Of a DNA stretch of 64,000 nt, positions 9,725 to 19,875 are shown piece after piece; the stretch's first letter is position 1; every line of letters begins with the position of its first letter. The position numbers were made by a program, and so were the translations under genes. The stretch comes from an uncultured Nitrospira sp. (lineage in GTDB: Bacteria > Nitrospirota > Nitrospiria > Nitrospirales > UBA8639): positions 14,390 to 78,389 of the forward strand of contig NZ_CABVRQ010000005.1 in the NCBI RefSeq assembly GCF_902500695.1. The letters are read 5' to 3'. The notes beneath the pieces are model-generated. The model was given only the letters and a program-made list of their open reading frames with translations. It searched no databases and was not told the origin of the DNA.

Positions 9725-11208
9725 ATCGCATCATGTCTCATCAGCCTGCGATGTGTGGAGGAGCCCGATGGTCAATCCTGAGAATGGGATTGGTCGTCTT
9801 CGTCATGGTTTGTGTACCAGTTTGGGTGCAGGCGCAAGTGACTAAAGTCGAGGAGTTGCATTTTCCACCCTTGCCGGAACTGGTCATTCCTGAACCTGAA
9901 CGCGTGGTTCTGGATAATGGACTGGTGGTCTTGTTGATGGAAGACCATGAGTTACCGTTGGTGGGTGTATCAGCCATGATCAAAACGGGTTCCCGATTGG
10001 ATGCTCAGGAAACGATTGGGTTGGCTTCCTTAACGGGAACCGTGCTTCGCACAGGCGGGACAAAAGGTCTGAGTGGAGATGCGCTGGATGAGTATTTGGA
10101 GGGGAAGGCTGCCGCGATTGAAACACATATTGGGGACTCGTCAGGAACCGCATCGATGGGTTCTCTCGCTGAAGATTTTCCGGATGTGTTGAAAATATTC
10201 GGGGATGTGTTGCGGTTTCCGGTGTTTGACCCTGAGAAGTTAAAGATTGCTCAAAATCAGGTGATGGCGGGGATTTCGCGTCAAAACGATGATCCCGATG
10301 AGATTACGTCACGAGAGTTTAAGAAGTTAATTTATGGGAAAGAATCACCCTATACATGGGAGCCGACTTACGCCTCCGTGGGATCTATCACGCGAGAGGA
10401 TGTGATCCGGTGGCATGCGACATACTTTCATCCTAATCGCATCATTGTAGGTGTGAGTGGCGATTTTGAGCGAGAAAAGACGCTGGCGCTCATTCAATCG
10501 ATTTTTGGTGACTGGCCCAAAGGTCCGGAGGTACCGGATGCTCCCGTCGGCATTCAGGCAAAGATTCCGGCTGGTGTGTTTTATGTTGAAAAAAACGATA
10601 TGACCCAAGCAAAAATTGCTATGGGACATTTGGGAATTCGTCGGGACGATCCCGATTATTATCCATTGGTGATCGTCAATCAAATTCTTTCGGGGTCATT
10701 TGGTGCCCGATTATTTTATAACATCCGGTCCAAGCAAGGGCTGGCCTATGATGTGCACGGTGGCGTTGGCTTGCAATGGGACTATCCAGGCATGGCCATG
10801 CTCTCGATGTCGACTAAAACGGAAACGACGGGGAAGGGAATTGATGCGTTAATTGCTGAAGCTCGGAATATGGTCGCTGAGCCTCCTACGGATGAAGAAG
10901 TAACGAGCGCGAAGGCCAGCATTTTAAATTCCTTTGTCTTTTCCGTGGATTCTCCCACGAAAGTACTTGGTAAATACCTCACATACGAATATTATGGCTA
11001 TCCCTCGTCCTGGCTGAGAGAATTTCGCCAGGGCATTGACAAGGTCACCACGGCTGAAATCCGAATGGCTGCACAAAAACATTTGCGACCGAAGGAGTTT
11101 GCGATTCTGGTGGTGGGCCCCCGTGCAGGCACCAAACCGGCATTGGCTCGCTACGAGAAAATTCAGGAATTGGACATCGGCATTCCAGAGCCTTCTGCCG
11201 GAATGTAG
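9721..11208 (+). CDS. M16 family peptidase, non-catalytic partner subunit, secreted
   Basis: 495 aa with 4-nt ATGA overlap with the upstream M16 gene. M16 fold blocks are present, but no HxxEH at the equivalent position (LASLTGTVLRTGGT). Signal peptide ...VPVWVQAQ. Confidence 0.8.
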   Translation: MNRIMSHQPAMCGGARWSILRMGLVVFVMVCVPVWVQAQVTKVEELHFPPLPELVIPEPERVVLDNGLVVLLMEDHELPLVGVSAMIKTGSRLDAQETIGLASLTGTVLRTGGTKGLSGDALDEYLEGKAAAIETHIGDSSGTASMGSLAEDFPDVLKIFGDVLRFPVFDPEKLKIAQNQVMAGISRQNDDPDEITSREFKKLIYGKESPYTWEPTYASVGSITREDVIRWHATYFHPNRIIVGVSGDFEREKTLALIQSIFGDWPKGPEVPDAPVGIQAKIPAGVFYVEKNDMTQAKIAMGHLGIRRDDPDYYPLVIVNQILSGSFGARLFYNIRSKQGLAYDVHGGVGLQWDYPGMAMLSMSTKTETTGKGIDALIAEARNMVAEPPTDEEVTSAKASILNSFVFSVDSPTKVLGKYLTYEYYGYPSSWLREFRQGIDKVTTAEIRMAAQKHLRPKEFAILVVGPRAGTKPALARYEKIQELDIGIPEPSAGM

Positions 11209-11278
11209 ATGGTCCGCTGCATGTAGCAGGAGCTGGATGCCTCTTTGTGCTCTATGCTGAATTCAGAGAGGTTGTGAC

Positions 11279-12196
11279 ATGCTAATATTGTGGTGGGCCA
11301 TCAGAGTGCGCACGGGCGTATTCTGTGCACTGTTCCTGAGTATTCTGGTCTCAGGTTGCCAGACCAATCCCTATACGAATCGCTCTCAATTGCTACTGAT
11401 GCCGTCAGGGCAGATGAGTCAAATGGGGGCTGCCCAGTATAGTGACGTTTTGCAGGACCCAAAGGTCATCATATCCAAAGATCCCAAAGAAATTGAGCCG
11501 GTTAAGCGGGTCGCAGCTCGTATTATTGAGGCGGCCAAGCGTTCTAAATACGCGGATGTGGCGAAAGGATTTGATTGGGAAGTGACCGTCATTAAAGATG
11601 ACAATACGAAGAATGCCTGGGCTCTGCCTGGAGGCAAAATTGCGGTCTATACCGGAATTTTCCCCATGGCCAAAAATGAGGCAGGATTGGCGGCCATTAT
11701 GGGGCATGAAGTGGTTCATGCATTGGCGGAACATGGAGGTGAACGGATGAGCCAGGGACTGGTGGCTCAATTTGGAATGACCGCAGCGGCGATTGTGCTT
11801 TCGACCCAAGGTCAAAATCCGGCATTAAACGCGTTAGCTATGCAGGCGATGGGGCTTGGGGTGCAGACAGGAGTTCTGCTACCGTTTAGCCGAAAACACG
11901 AATCAGAAGCCGATTATATCGGCATCTTGCTTGCCGGCGATGGGGGGTACGATCCACGGGAAGCGATTCATATTTGGGAACGGATGGCAGCGACTTCTGA
12001 TGGCGCTCCACCGGAATTTTTATCCACCCATCCAGCGCATGAAACCCGGATTGCCGATCTCACGAAATGGATGCCTGAGGCCATGGTTCTGTATGAAAAT
12101 GCTTCGAAGGCACCTGTGTTCAATCTGCCCTTCATTAAACCTTCTCCTGCTCAACGTACTTCACAAGAACCGAACGGGGCTCGTTTCCGTCAATAG
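11279..12196 (+). CDS. M48 family metalloprotease lipoprotein (YcaL/BepA-like)
   Basis: 305 aa. Lipobox ILVSGC, HExxH zinc site (MGHEVVHALAEH) and downstream ESEADYIG. Confidence 0.85.
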   Translation: MLILWWAIRVRTGVFCALFLSILVSGCQTNPYTNRSQLLLMPSGQMSQMGAAQYSDVLQDPKVIISKDPKEIEPVKRVAARIIEAAKRSKYADVAKGFDWEVTVIKDDNTKNAWALPGGKIAVYTGIFPMAKNEAGLAAIMGHEVVHALAEHGGERMSQGLVAQFGMTAAAIVLSTQGQNPALNALAMQAMGLGVQTGVLLPFSRKHESEADYIGILLAGDGGYDPREAIHIWERMAATSDGAPPEFLSTHPAHETRIADLTKWMPEAMVLYENASKAPVFNLPFIKPSPAQRTSQEPNGARFRQ

Positions 12197-12270
12197 AGAT
12201 TGTGAAAAGTGCCCAAATTGGTCTTCAAGTCTCTCTGTCTTTTCCTGAGAAGCCGGTAAATAGTAATTCA

Positions 12271-13323
12271 ATGCACGGTATGATCGTCAGTCTCGGTCTA
12301 TTTTGGCCAACAGTGGTTGCCTGCATGATGTTGGCTGGCTGTGGGAAAAGTGAGGCGGTGGTGGAAATCGCCCTTCATCCCACAAACCCCAAAATTATTT
12401 ACCTGGCTACCAACGACTATATTTATAAATCCCGGGATGGAGGAATGATCTGGCAGAACATGTCTGCAGGTATGACCCATTCTCGCGTCATTGCCCTGGC
12501 CATTGATCCCTTGTTTCCAGCCAATATTGTCGCCGGGACTAAAGGGGATGCGGTGTATAAAAGTTATGATGGTGGCCAACGATGGGTATCACGACGGACG
12601 GGATTGGATGATGTGACGATTTCTTCGGTGGTCCATCAATTGGTCTTTGCTCCAGGATCCAGTGCCCATATTTTTGCCGCCACCTCATTAGGCGTGTTTG
12701 AATCAGACGATGGCGGGGAAACTTGGAGCAAACGGATGGAGGGCATGAAAGAAGTTCTTATGGTGGTGACGCTTGATTGCGATCCCCGTCAGCCCCAAAC
12801 GCTTTATGCGGGAACAAGTGGAGGAGTCTATAAATCCATTGATGGCGCCCGCAGCTGGAGGATGGTCAATAATGGGTTGGTGGCCTCTGACGTGCTGAAA
12901 TCTTCCAGGGCATTGGGGGTCACTCGAATCAAGGTTGACCCTCGTGAATCCGATACGGTGTATACTGCGACTCTGAGTGGATTGTACGTCACCAAGGATG
13001 GAGGTCAAGCCTGGACTCGCATTGGAGATACGCTCTCCGATCAAATGTTGAGCGATCTCATTCTCGATCATACCCACCCCCATGTCGTGTATGTGACCAA
13101 TCGTGACGGCGTCTTTAGGAGTGAAGATGGAGGAATAACTTGGGAAGCTCGAAGTGCGGGCTTGACGAATGTTAATATTCGAGCTTTAGCTATGAGTGCG
13201 GTCGATTCCGATATGCTCTATGTGGGCACGAATGGAAAAGGACTTTTTCGGACGGTGGACCGAGGAATGTCATGGAAGGCTGTGCCGCTGGTTGTGGCGG
13301 AATCCCTGGAAAGTTTATCCTGA
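12271..13323 (+). CDS. BNR/Asp-box repeat beta-propeller lipoprotein (Ycf48/sialidase-like fold)
   Basis: Start moved to the ATG at 12271 (MHGMIVSLGLFWPTVVACMMLAGCG lipobox). Seven SxDxGxxW-type repeats: YKSRDGGMIW, YKSYDGGQRW, FESDDGGETW, YKSIDGARSW, YVTKDGGQAW, FRSEDGGITW, FRTVDRGMSW. Confidence 0.75.
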   Translation: MHGMIVSLGLFWPTVVACMMLAGCGKSEAVVEIALHPTNPKIIYLATNDYIYKSRDGGMIWQNMSAGMTHSRVIALAIDPLFPANIVAGTKGDAVYKSYDGGQRWVSRRTGLDDVTISSVVHQLVFAPGSSAHIFAATSLGVFESDDGGETWSKRMEGMKEVLMVVTLDCDPRQPQTLYAGTSGGVYKSIDGARSWRMVNNGLVASDVLKSSRALGVTRIKVDPRESDTVYTATLSGLYVTKDGGQAWTRIGDTLSDQMLSDLILDHTHPHVVYVTNRDGVFRSEDGGITWEARSAGLTNVNIRALAMSAVDSDMLYVGTNGKGLFRTVDRGMSWKAVPLVVAESLESLS

Positions 13324-13436
13324 AAGGGGGATGATTTGATATCCTTCCTCTTGAAGATTAAGATCTTCCTTATCATGGATGAGTGAACGCACCTATTTGA
13401 TTGATATCTGACGAAGAGTAAGGAAAGGTAACTGCT

Positions 13437-14717
13437 GTGGCTTTTTGGGATTCGAAGCAAGGACGAAATCGTGCGGATGCGGTCTGCTCATTTTGTGGTC
13501 GGGCAAAACCTGGAGCAACGAATTTGATCCAGGCCCCGACGAAACTGGCCTGTACGCAATGTCAGGCACCAGGGTCGGTGTTGATTTGTGCGGATTGCAT
13601 CCAACAATGTTCAAAGTTTTTATCAGGCCATACCGAAGGTCAGTCCGCCATAGAGCCGCCAGCGGGTCCCTTGCCGACCCCTCCTGAAATCAAAGCGGTG
13701 CTTGACCAGTATGTGATTGGACAGGACCGTGCCAAAAAAGTTTTGTCGGTCGCCGTCCACAATCATTATAAACGTGTGTTTAGCGGCAAAGACTTGCCTG
13801 ATGTGGAATTAGAAAAAGGGAATGTGATGTTGATCGGGCCGACTGGAACCGGCAAGACCTTACTGGCAAAAACCCTAGCGAAAATTTTGCATGTGCCCTT
13901 TGCCATTGCTGATGCCACCACGGTGACGGAAGCGGGATATGTCGGCGAAGATGTGGAAAATGTAGTCTTGAAGTTGTTGCAGTCGTGCGATTTCAATATG
14001 GCCAGAGCCCAAGTGGGCATTATCTATATCGATGAAATTGATAAGATTAGCCGGAAATCTGAAAGCGCATCTATTACGCGGGATGTCTCTGGGGAAGGTG
14101 TCCAACAGGCATTGCTAAAATTGGTGGAAGGAACATTATGTAATGTGCCTCCCAAGGGGGGTAGAAAACATCCTGAGCAGGAATTTCTTAGAGTGGATAC
14201 GACCAATATTCTCTTTATTTGTGGCGGTGCGTTTGTCGGAGTGGAGGATATTATTGCTCAACGGACCAATCAGAAGCGAATGGGTTTTGGGGCAGTTTCC
14301 ACTAATGGTCAGGGATTGACCTCTGATCAATTAATGGGAAAACTCAAGCCGGAGGATCTTTTGAAGTATGGACTCATCCCTGAATTTGTGGGCAGGTTTC
14401 CGATTCTGGCCTCTCTGAATGATTTGCGCGTGGAGGATATGGTTCGAGTCCTACAAGAACCGAAAAATGCTCTGCTGAAACAATATCAAGCGTTATTTCA
14501 ATTAGATGGGGTGCAGTTGGATTTTACCCCTGAGGCGGTTCAGGCCATTGCCACCAGAGCCTCGTCAATGAAAACCGGAGCCAGGGGATTGCGTTCTATT
14601 CTGGAGGAAGTCATGCTGGATTTGATGTATGATGTTCCAGCCCTGAAAGACATTAAGCGAGTTGTGATTACCGAAGACGCCATTGATGGAAAGGGTGTTC
14701 CCCAATTAATTTCCTGA
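13437..14717 (+). CDS. clpX: ATP-dependent Clp protease ATP-binding subunit ClpX
   Basis: 426 aa. N-terminal Cys-cluster zinc-binding domain, Walker [39 protein letters not shown]. No clpP is adjacent. Confidence 0.95.
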   Translation: MAFWDSKQGRNRADAVCSFCGRAKPGATNLIQAPTKLACTQCQAPGSVLICADCIQQCSKFLSGHTEGQSAIEPPAGPLPTPPEIKAVLDQYVIGQDRAKKVLSVAVHNHYKRVFSGKDLPDVELEKGNVMLIGPTGTGKTLLAKTLAKILHVPFAIADATTVTEAGYVGEDVENVVLKLLQSCDFNMARAQVGIIYIDEIDKISRKSESASITRDVSGEGVQQALLKLVEGTLCNVPPKGGRKHPEQEFLRVDTTNILFICGGAFVGVEDIIAQRTNQKRMGFGAVSTNGQGLTSDQLMGKLKPEDLLKYGLIPEFVGRFPILASLNDLRVEDMVRVLQEPKNALLKQYQALFQLDGVQLDFTPEAVQAIATRASSMKTGARGLRSILEEVMLDLMYDVPALKDIKRVVITEDAIDGKGVPQLIS

Positions 14718-14998
14718 AAATAATGCTCTAGAGTAGTGGTTTCCCACCTGGGGTCTGTTGCATTCTTTCCCATTCTGACTTATGCTACTTAAAAGAAATT
14801 CATCACGACATTCGGGCCACGTGGTGGATGTTTGAGTGACGGGCCCATCACTGATGTTGTTTTGCCAAGGAATCCGCAAGGAGTCTGATTGGAAGTTAGT
14901 CCTAAGTCGCCATCTGGTTTGCGTTCTCGGGCCGTTCCTTCCCTTCTCTTTTCTTCGAACCATGCAAAACAATATCGCATTTAGAAGGAGGGACCCCG

Positions 14999-15331
14999 AT
15001 GGGTTCAAAGATCTATGTGGGTGGCCTGCCGTATTCCACGGCGGAGCAGGAATTGGCTGACCTTTTTGGGCAGCACGGCGCCGTGACGTCGGCTAAAATT
15101 ATTACGGACAAGTACACCGGGCAGTCTCGGGGGTTTGGTTTTGTGGAAATGGCCTCAGATGCTGAAGCCAAGGCCGCGATCGAGGCGCTGAACGGGACCG
15201 AAATGGGAGGGCGTACCCTGACGGTCAATGAAGCAAAGCCCCAAGCGCCACGAACCGGATTTGGTGGTGGCGGTGGTGGCGGAAATCGTGGCGGCGGCGG
15301 AAACCGTGGTGGCGGTGGAGACCGTTGGTAA
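14999..15331 (+). CDS. RRM-type RNA-binding protein with Gly/Arg-rich tail
   Basis: 110 aa. RNP2 KIYVGGL, RNP1 RGFGFVEM, and the C-terminal tail GGGGGGNRGGGGNRGGGGDRW. Confidence 0.9.
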   Translation: MGSKIYVGGLPYSTAEQELADLFGQHGAVTSAKIITDKYTGQSRGFGFVEMASDAEAKAAIEALNGTEMGGRTLTVNEAKPQAPRTGFGGGGGGGNRGGGGNRGGGGDRW

Positions 15332-15365
15332 CTCACTAAGTCACTAAAGGTTACTTTTCAATAGA

Positions 15366-15401
15366 AGCAGGGGATCCGGTAACGGATCCCCTGCTTTTTT
15401 T
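15366..15401 (+). terminator. rho-independent terminator
   Basis: A 13-bp perfect stem AGCAGGGGATCCG (15366-15378) / CGGATCCCCTGCT (15383-15395) with loop GTAA, followed by a run of T to 15401. Confidence 0.9.
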
Positions 15402-15406
15402 ATACC

Positions 15407-15436
15407 TTGGGTAATGGTCAGGAAACATTGTAGAAT
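15407..15436 (+). promoter_or_regulatory. candidate sigma-70 promoter for the mpa operon
   Basis: TTGGGT (15407-15412), an 18-nt spacer, then TAGAAT (15431-15436). It lies just after the terminator and ~85 nt upstream of mpa. Motif match only. Confidence 0.3.
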
Positions 15437-15520
15437 GAAATGGCAACTGTCGCCCAAGATGACTCGTCAGTGGTTTTAATGTGTATCACGGCTTTCATGT
15501 TCCAATTGAACTAGAATGGA

Positions 15521-17314
15521 ATGACATATACGATGAGCGATTCTTCAGAATTTTCTTACTCCCAGGATTCTTCTCCGTCGGCTGGTTCCTCATTTTCAAA
15601 ATCATCCCGTCAGTCCGGGGATTCTCCATTAGCACTCATTGACCAATGCTTGGCATCTTTGCCTGAAGGGGATCAACGAATTCCCTTGCTCTATCAACTT
15701 CGACACCGGCTTGTTGAACAAACGACGGTTTCCCAACAACAGGAAGCCGACATGAAAAAACTCCAGGGGGTGCTTGAAAAACTAACGGCCCCGGCGAATC
15801 GAATCGGGACGTTGTTGGGTCAGCCTGATAAGGGCGTAGCCAGAATCATGGTTGGTGGGGCGGAATACTATGCCAATGTCGATCCGAGGCTCGAGAGGGA
15901 TGGCTTTAAGGTTGGACATCAGATTTTGGTGAATGAGGCGTATGTCGTCATCCGGTCTCTCGGGTATGACCGGAGTGGCCCGATCGTAAAAGTTCGCGAG
16001 ATATTAGGTGATGGGCGTCTTCGTATTGACCAAGAGGCTGGCAGACAAGGCATTCTTATTCAACGGGCTGATGATCTTGCCTCTGCGGACCTGAAGGTTG
16101 GCGACGAGGTTCGATTGGACCCGACTCACAGGATTGCCATTGAACGTTTGGAGAATTCCCAAGGCCAATCGCATCTTTTAGCGGAGTTGCCAACTGTGCG
16201 GTGGGAGCATATTGGTGGCCAGCAGGAAGCCATTGGGGCCATTCGCCGGTCAATAGAATACCCGCTCCTGCATGAAGGATTATTCTCACGGTATCAATTT
16301 CAGCAACCCAAGGGGTTTCTGCTGTATGGCCCCCCGGGGTGCGGAAAAACGTTGATCGGTCAAGCCACGGCTGCAAGCCTTGGGCAACTCTTAGCGCAAG
16401 AACGCGATACCATCACGCCCATTGTTGGGAATCAGGGGCAAGATTCTCTTTCACAGCTTCCACCGATCGAGGGCGGGGTGTTTCTGCATGTTAAAGGTCC
16501 GGAAGTCCTGAATATGTGGGTCGGGGAATCAGAACGAATCATCCGGGATTTATTTCTCCAAGCCCGGCAACAACGACAGGCCGGAAAGTTACCGTTTATT
16601 TTTATCGATGAAGCGGAATCCATTTTAGGGACGAGACGGGCGGTGCGATCCTACAATGTCTCCAACACCCTGGTGCCGATGTTTTGCGCCGAACTCGACG
16701 GGATTGAAAGCCTTTCCCAGGTGGTGGTGATTTTGGCCTCGAATCGTCCGGATATGATTGACCCGGCAGTGCTGCGTCCTGGAAGAATTGATCGAAAAAT
16801 TAAAGTTGGCCGACCTGGGCGAAATGATGTTGGGGAAATTTTGCGTGTCTATTTGACGGCTGATCTTCCGTACGAAACGAAGAAAGGTACTGGCAGCATA
16901 GAAGATGAAGGGATGCCGGTGTCGCGCATCATCGACGGACTGTTAGAGAATCTCTTTCAGCGGAGCCAGGAGAATCGAGTGTTGGCTATTCGATTGCGTA
17001 ACGGACGGCGAGATATTCTCTACCGTCGGGATTTATTGAGTGGAGCGGTGTTGGCGGGAATCGTCCGTCGTGCCAAAGAACGGGCCATTGAACGGGCGAT
17101 TCAAGCGGGTGACCAGGAACCATCGGGGCTGAGTCTTGATGATTTACTCATTGCCACCAATGAAGAATTCAAGGAGAGTGAAATATTTCCCCCAGATGAT
17201 TCAGCTGAGGAATGGTTGAAACTCTTGGATTATCACCCGGACCAGGTTGTCGGAGTGTCCTCCCTTCAGTCAGGAAAGGACGGAGAAGAGCATCGGACCT
17301 CTCAAATTGTTTAA
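15521..17314 (+). CDS. mpa: proteasome-associated AAA+ ATPase (Mpa/ARC)
   Basis: 597 aa. Ser-rich N-terminus, coiled-coil segment and OB-like region. AAA module with Walker A GPPGCGKT, Walker B FIFIDEAES, and RPGRIDRKI. It lies directly upstream of dop. Confidence 0.9.
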   Translation: MTYTMSDSSEFSYSQDSSPSAGSSFSKSSRQSGDSPLALIDQCLASLPEGDQRIPLLYQLRHRLVEQTTVSQQQEADMKKLQGVLEKLTAPANRIGTLLGQPDKGVARIMVGGAEYYANVDPRLERDGFKVGHQILVNEAYVVIRSLGYDRSGPIVKVREILGDGRLRIDQEAGRQGILIQRADDLASADLKVGDEVRLDPTHRIAIERLENSQGQSHLLAELPTVRWEHIGGQQEAIGAIRRSIEYPLLHEGLFSRYQFQQPKGFLLYGPPGCGKTLIGQATAASLGQLLAQERDTITPIVGNQGQDSLSQLPPIEGGVFLHVKGPEVLNMWVGESERIIRDLFLQARQQRQAGKLPFIFIDEAESILGTRRAVRSYNVSNTLVPMFCAELDGIESLSQVVVILASNRPDMIDPAVLRPGRIDRKIKVGRPGRNDVGEILRVYLTADLPYETKKGTGSIEDEGMPVSRIIDGLLENLFQRSQENRVLAIRLRNGRRDILYRRDLLSGAVLAGIVRRAKERAIERAIQAGDQEPSGLSLDDLLIATNEEFKESEIFPPDDSAEEWLKLLDYHPDQVVGVSSLQSGKDGEEHRTSQIV

Positions 17315-17373
17315 ACCTCTCTTTCTCGAAAGCTTTACCAAATGGGGCACCCTCAGCTGAAAGACTGGAAGAT

Positions 17374-18903
17374 ATGAACCCGATTCGCCTCTTTGGTATT
17401 GAGACCGAGTACGGGATTGCGCGGGAGGATGTCGTGACAGCCGATCCTGTGGTGGAGTCCATGGAGTTGGTGCGGGCCTATCTTGACGGACATTTTACCC
17501 GACGCTGGGATTATCGAGGCGAGCATCCCCATGAAGATCAACGGGGGTTTCGTGTGACCGAGTTAGCTCAGGATAAAGAAGAGGACCTGTTCGCGGAGCA
17601 GGATGCCCATCGGCCTTTTTCATTCCACGAAATGAAAAGTGACCTTGTCCTCCCCAATGGTGCACGATTTTATAATGACCACACCCATCCGGAATATTCT
17701 ACGCCGGAATGCCGGTCTCTCAAGGATATGGTCGCGCATGACCGGGCTGGGGAACGAATCCTTTGGATGGCAGCGCAACGCCGAAACAAAGATCTTGGTG
17801 GCCCAATGGTTCAGCTGTATAAAAACAACACGGATTTTCATGGGCATAGTTATGGCTGCCATGATAATTATTTGGTCTCGCGCGCACTCAATTTTGAAAA
17901 TTTGACTCGTGGACTCATGCCTTTTCTGGTCAGCCGACAATTGATTGCCGGCGCAGGCAAGGTCGGTCGGGAAGCGCAAGAGCGCGGGTTTGTGCCGGGT
18001 GGATTTCAATTGTCCCAACGCGCAGATTTTATGGAGGCCGAGTTGGGCGTAGATACCATGCATAACCGCCCCATTCTCAACACACGAGACGAACCGCATG
18101 CGAATCGCGAGCGCTATCGACGCCTCCATCTCATCGTGGGCGATGCCAATATGTGTGAGTATGCCACAGCCTTGAAGATAGGCACGACACGGGTGGTGTT
18201 GGATATGATTGCGGGAGGGCTCTTGCTGCCCTGTGAATTAGACTCTCCGGTGCAGGCGATTCAGGCGCTGTCCCGTGATCCTGAATTGAACACACTTGTG
18301 AAGCGGAAAGCTGGGGGCATGATTTCCGGGCTGGATATTCAACGGGAATATTTGAATCTGGCCGGGAAATTTTTCATCGAAATGGATGAAGAGACGACCT
18401 GGATTCTTCAAGAATGGGAGCATGCGTTAGACCTTCTCGAACGGGATCGATTGCAGCTTGTGGGGAAAATCGATTGGGTGACAAAATGGTGGTTACTCGA
18501 AACATTTAGACAGGCCGAGCACATCGGCTGGGACGATCCTTGGCTGGCCAGCCTGGATCTGGAATATCATAATCTGGATCCCGAGCGCGGTCTGTTTTTC
18601 GGGTTAGAAGCTGAAGGGCGAACAACCCGGGTGAGTCAGGAGCAGGAGATTCAGAAAGCCATGAAGCATGGACCGATCGATACGCGTGGAGGGATTCGGG
18701 GATTGTGTGTGCAACGATTTGAAAAAGACATTACATCGATACAATGGGAAGGGGTTCATTTCCAGGGTCACAATGGAGGACTGCATCTTGACCTGCTGGA
18801 TCACCTTGAGCCTGTGTCGGTAGCTCAATGTCGGTCCGTGATTGAGCATGCCAAGACTCCCTTTGATCTAATGGAATCCATGAAAGTGGAGAATTTCCCT
18901 TAG
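17374..18903 (+). CDS. dop: Pup/UBact deamidase-depupylase (Dop)
   Basis: Start set at the ATG at 17374 (MNPIRLFGIETEYGI), because the track ORF from 17212 overlaps mpa. Carboxylate-amine ligase fold shared with PafA. It has a ~35-40 aa insertion (WDYRGEHPHEDQRGFRVTELAQDKEEDLFAEQDAHRPFSFHEMKSD) before NGARFYNDHTHPEYSTPEC, at the place of the Dop-specific loop, and sits in the mpa-dop position. Confidence 0.8.
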   Translation: MNPIRLFGIETEYGIAREDVVTADPVVESMELVRAYLDGHFTRRWDYRGEHPHEDQRGFRVTELAQDKEEDLFAEQDAHRPFSFHEMKSDLVLPNGARFYNDHTHPEYSTPECRSLKDMVAHDRAGERILWMAAQRRNKDLGGPMVQLYKNNTDFHGHSYGCHDNYLVSRALNFENLTRGLMPFLVSRQLIAGAGKVGREAQERGFVPGGFQLSQRADFMEAELGVDTMHNRPILNTRDEPHANRERYRRLHLIVGDANMCEYATALKIGTTRVVLDMIAGGLLLPCELDSPVQAIQALSRDPELNTLVKRKAGGMISGLDIQREYLNLAGKFFIEMDEETTWILQEWEHALDLLERDRLQLVGKIDWVTKWWLLETFRQAEHIGWDDPWLASLDLEYHNLDPERGLFFGLEAEGRTTRVSQEQEIQKAMKHGPIDTRGGIRGLCVQRFEKDITSIQWEGVHFQGHNGGLHLDLLDHLEPVSVAQCRSVIEHAKTPFDLMESMKVENFP

Positions 18904-19140
18904 GGGGTAGTCTTCTCATTTTGAGAGAAATCTTACCTTCACCTTGAAATTTTTTCATCAAATCTTTGGTTTGATTCGTATGCCAGCTTAGGAGCAATTT
19001 CTCCATGAAATGGTTGGTGATCTTTATGGCGAATAAGTTGGTGTTGGTGAAATGAACGAAGGGCAGCCGCCCCGAATTTCACAAAAGGAAGAAGGGAATT
19101 TTGAGAATTGTTAGTTGATCTAAGAACAAAAAAGGAAGTA

Positions 19141-19875
19141 ATGCCTAACTCCTTTACCTTCCTTGAAAAGAATAGAGTTGTTAGACTCACTGATGGCGGG
19201 TTCTGGCTTTCTGATGAAAAAAAGATATACGAGTATCAACGGTTCACCGCACTCATTAAGGACCTTCAGAGGGAAAAAATAAAAATACTTGATGTAGGAT
19301 GTGGTAAGGGGCGCGTACCAAGAACATTGGTTGAAGATTCACATATTAATGTCGAATTCGAATATTCTGGTTTTGATGTGGATCAAAATGACATTCATGA
19401 AAACATTACGTTCTTTCAGTTTGATAAACGATTCACATTTAACCATATTGATTATATGAATAAAATGTACAGCCCAAACGCTTCGACAAAGGAGCCCGTT
19501 TTTGACTTTTTAGGCGATTCATATGATTTGATTTGGGCATGGAGCGTTTTTTCTCATCTGGACATAAAAGATTTTGAAATGTATATGAGCCTCATTTCTG
19601 ATAAATTGGTAAAAAATGGTTTTGCTTTTTTTACATGTTTTAGCAGATATGAGGCAAAACACAATCCCGAATTTACACCAAATTATATTTTTTTAGAGAA
19701 TAGTGATTTACCTGCTAACGGTGGCAAGCAAAATAATAATGATTTAACTGCTGTTTGCTACCACCCCGGTTGGATTGATGATTTGTTAATGAAGCTAGGG
19801 TTAGAGGTCATTCTGTCCTGCTATCCCGTTTATGGTGGGAATTTTCAAACAGGTATTTATTTAAGAAAAGTGTAA
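19141..19875 (+). CDS. class I SAM-dependent methyltransferase, compositionally foreign (very A/T-rich)
   Basis: Start at the ATG at 19141 (MPNSFTFLEK). Motif I ILDVGCGKGRVP, then YDLIWAWSVFSHL and LVKNGFAFF. The DNA is visibly far more A/T-rich than the flanking dop and UBact genes. Confidence 0.75.
   Translation: MPNSFTFLEKNRVVRLTDGGFWLSDEKKIYEYQRFTALIKDLQREKIKILDVGCGKGRVPRTLVEDSHINVEFEYSGFDVDQNDIHENITFFQFDKRFTFNHIDYMNKMYSPNASTKEPVFDFLGDSYDLIWAWSVFSHLDIKDFEMYMSLISDKLVKNGFAFFTCFSRYEAKHNPEFTPNYIFLENSDLPANGGKQNNNDLTAVCYHPGWIDDLLMKLGLEVILSCYPVYGGNFQTGIYLRKV

Noticed and set aside
15013-15336. A 107-aa Pro-rich minus-strand ORF.
   Set aside because: It is the antisense reading of the Gly-rich (GGN)n tail and RRM gene. 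The + strand product has canonical RNP1/RNP2 motifs.
17212-17373. A 54-codon N-terminal extension of the Dop ORF that overlaps the end of mpa.
   Set aside because: The extension (MVETLGLSPGPGCRSV...) is just the alternate frame of the mpa 3' end. The conserved Dop/PafA N-terminus MNPIRLFGIETEYG starts at the ATG at 17374.
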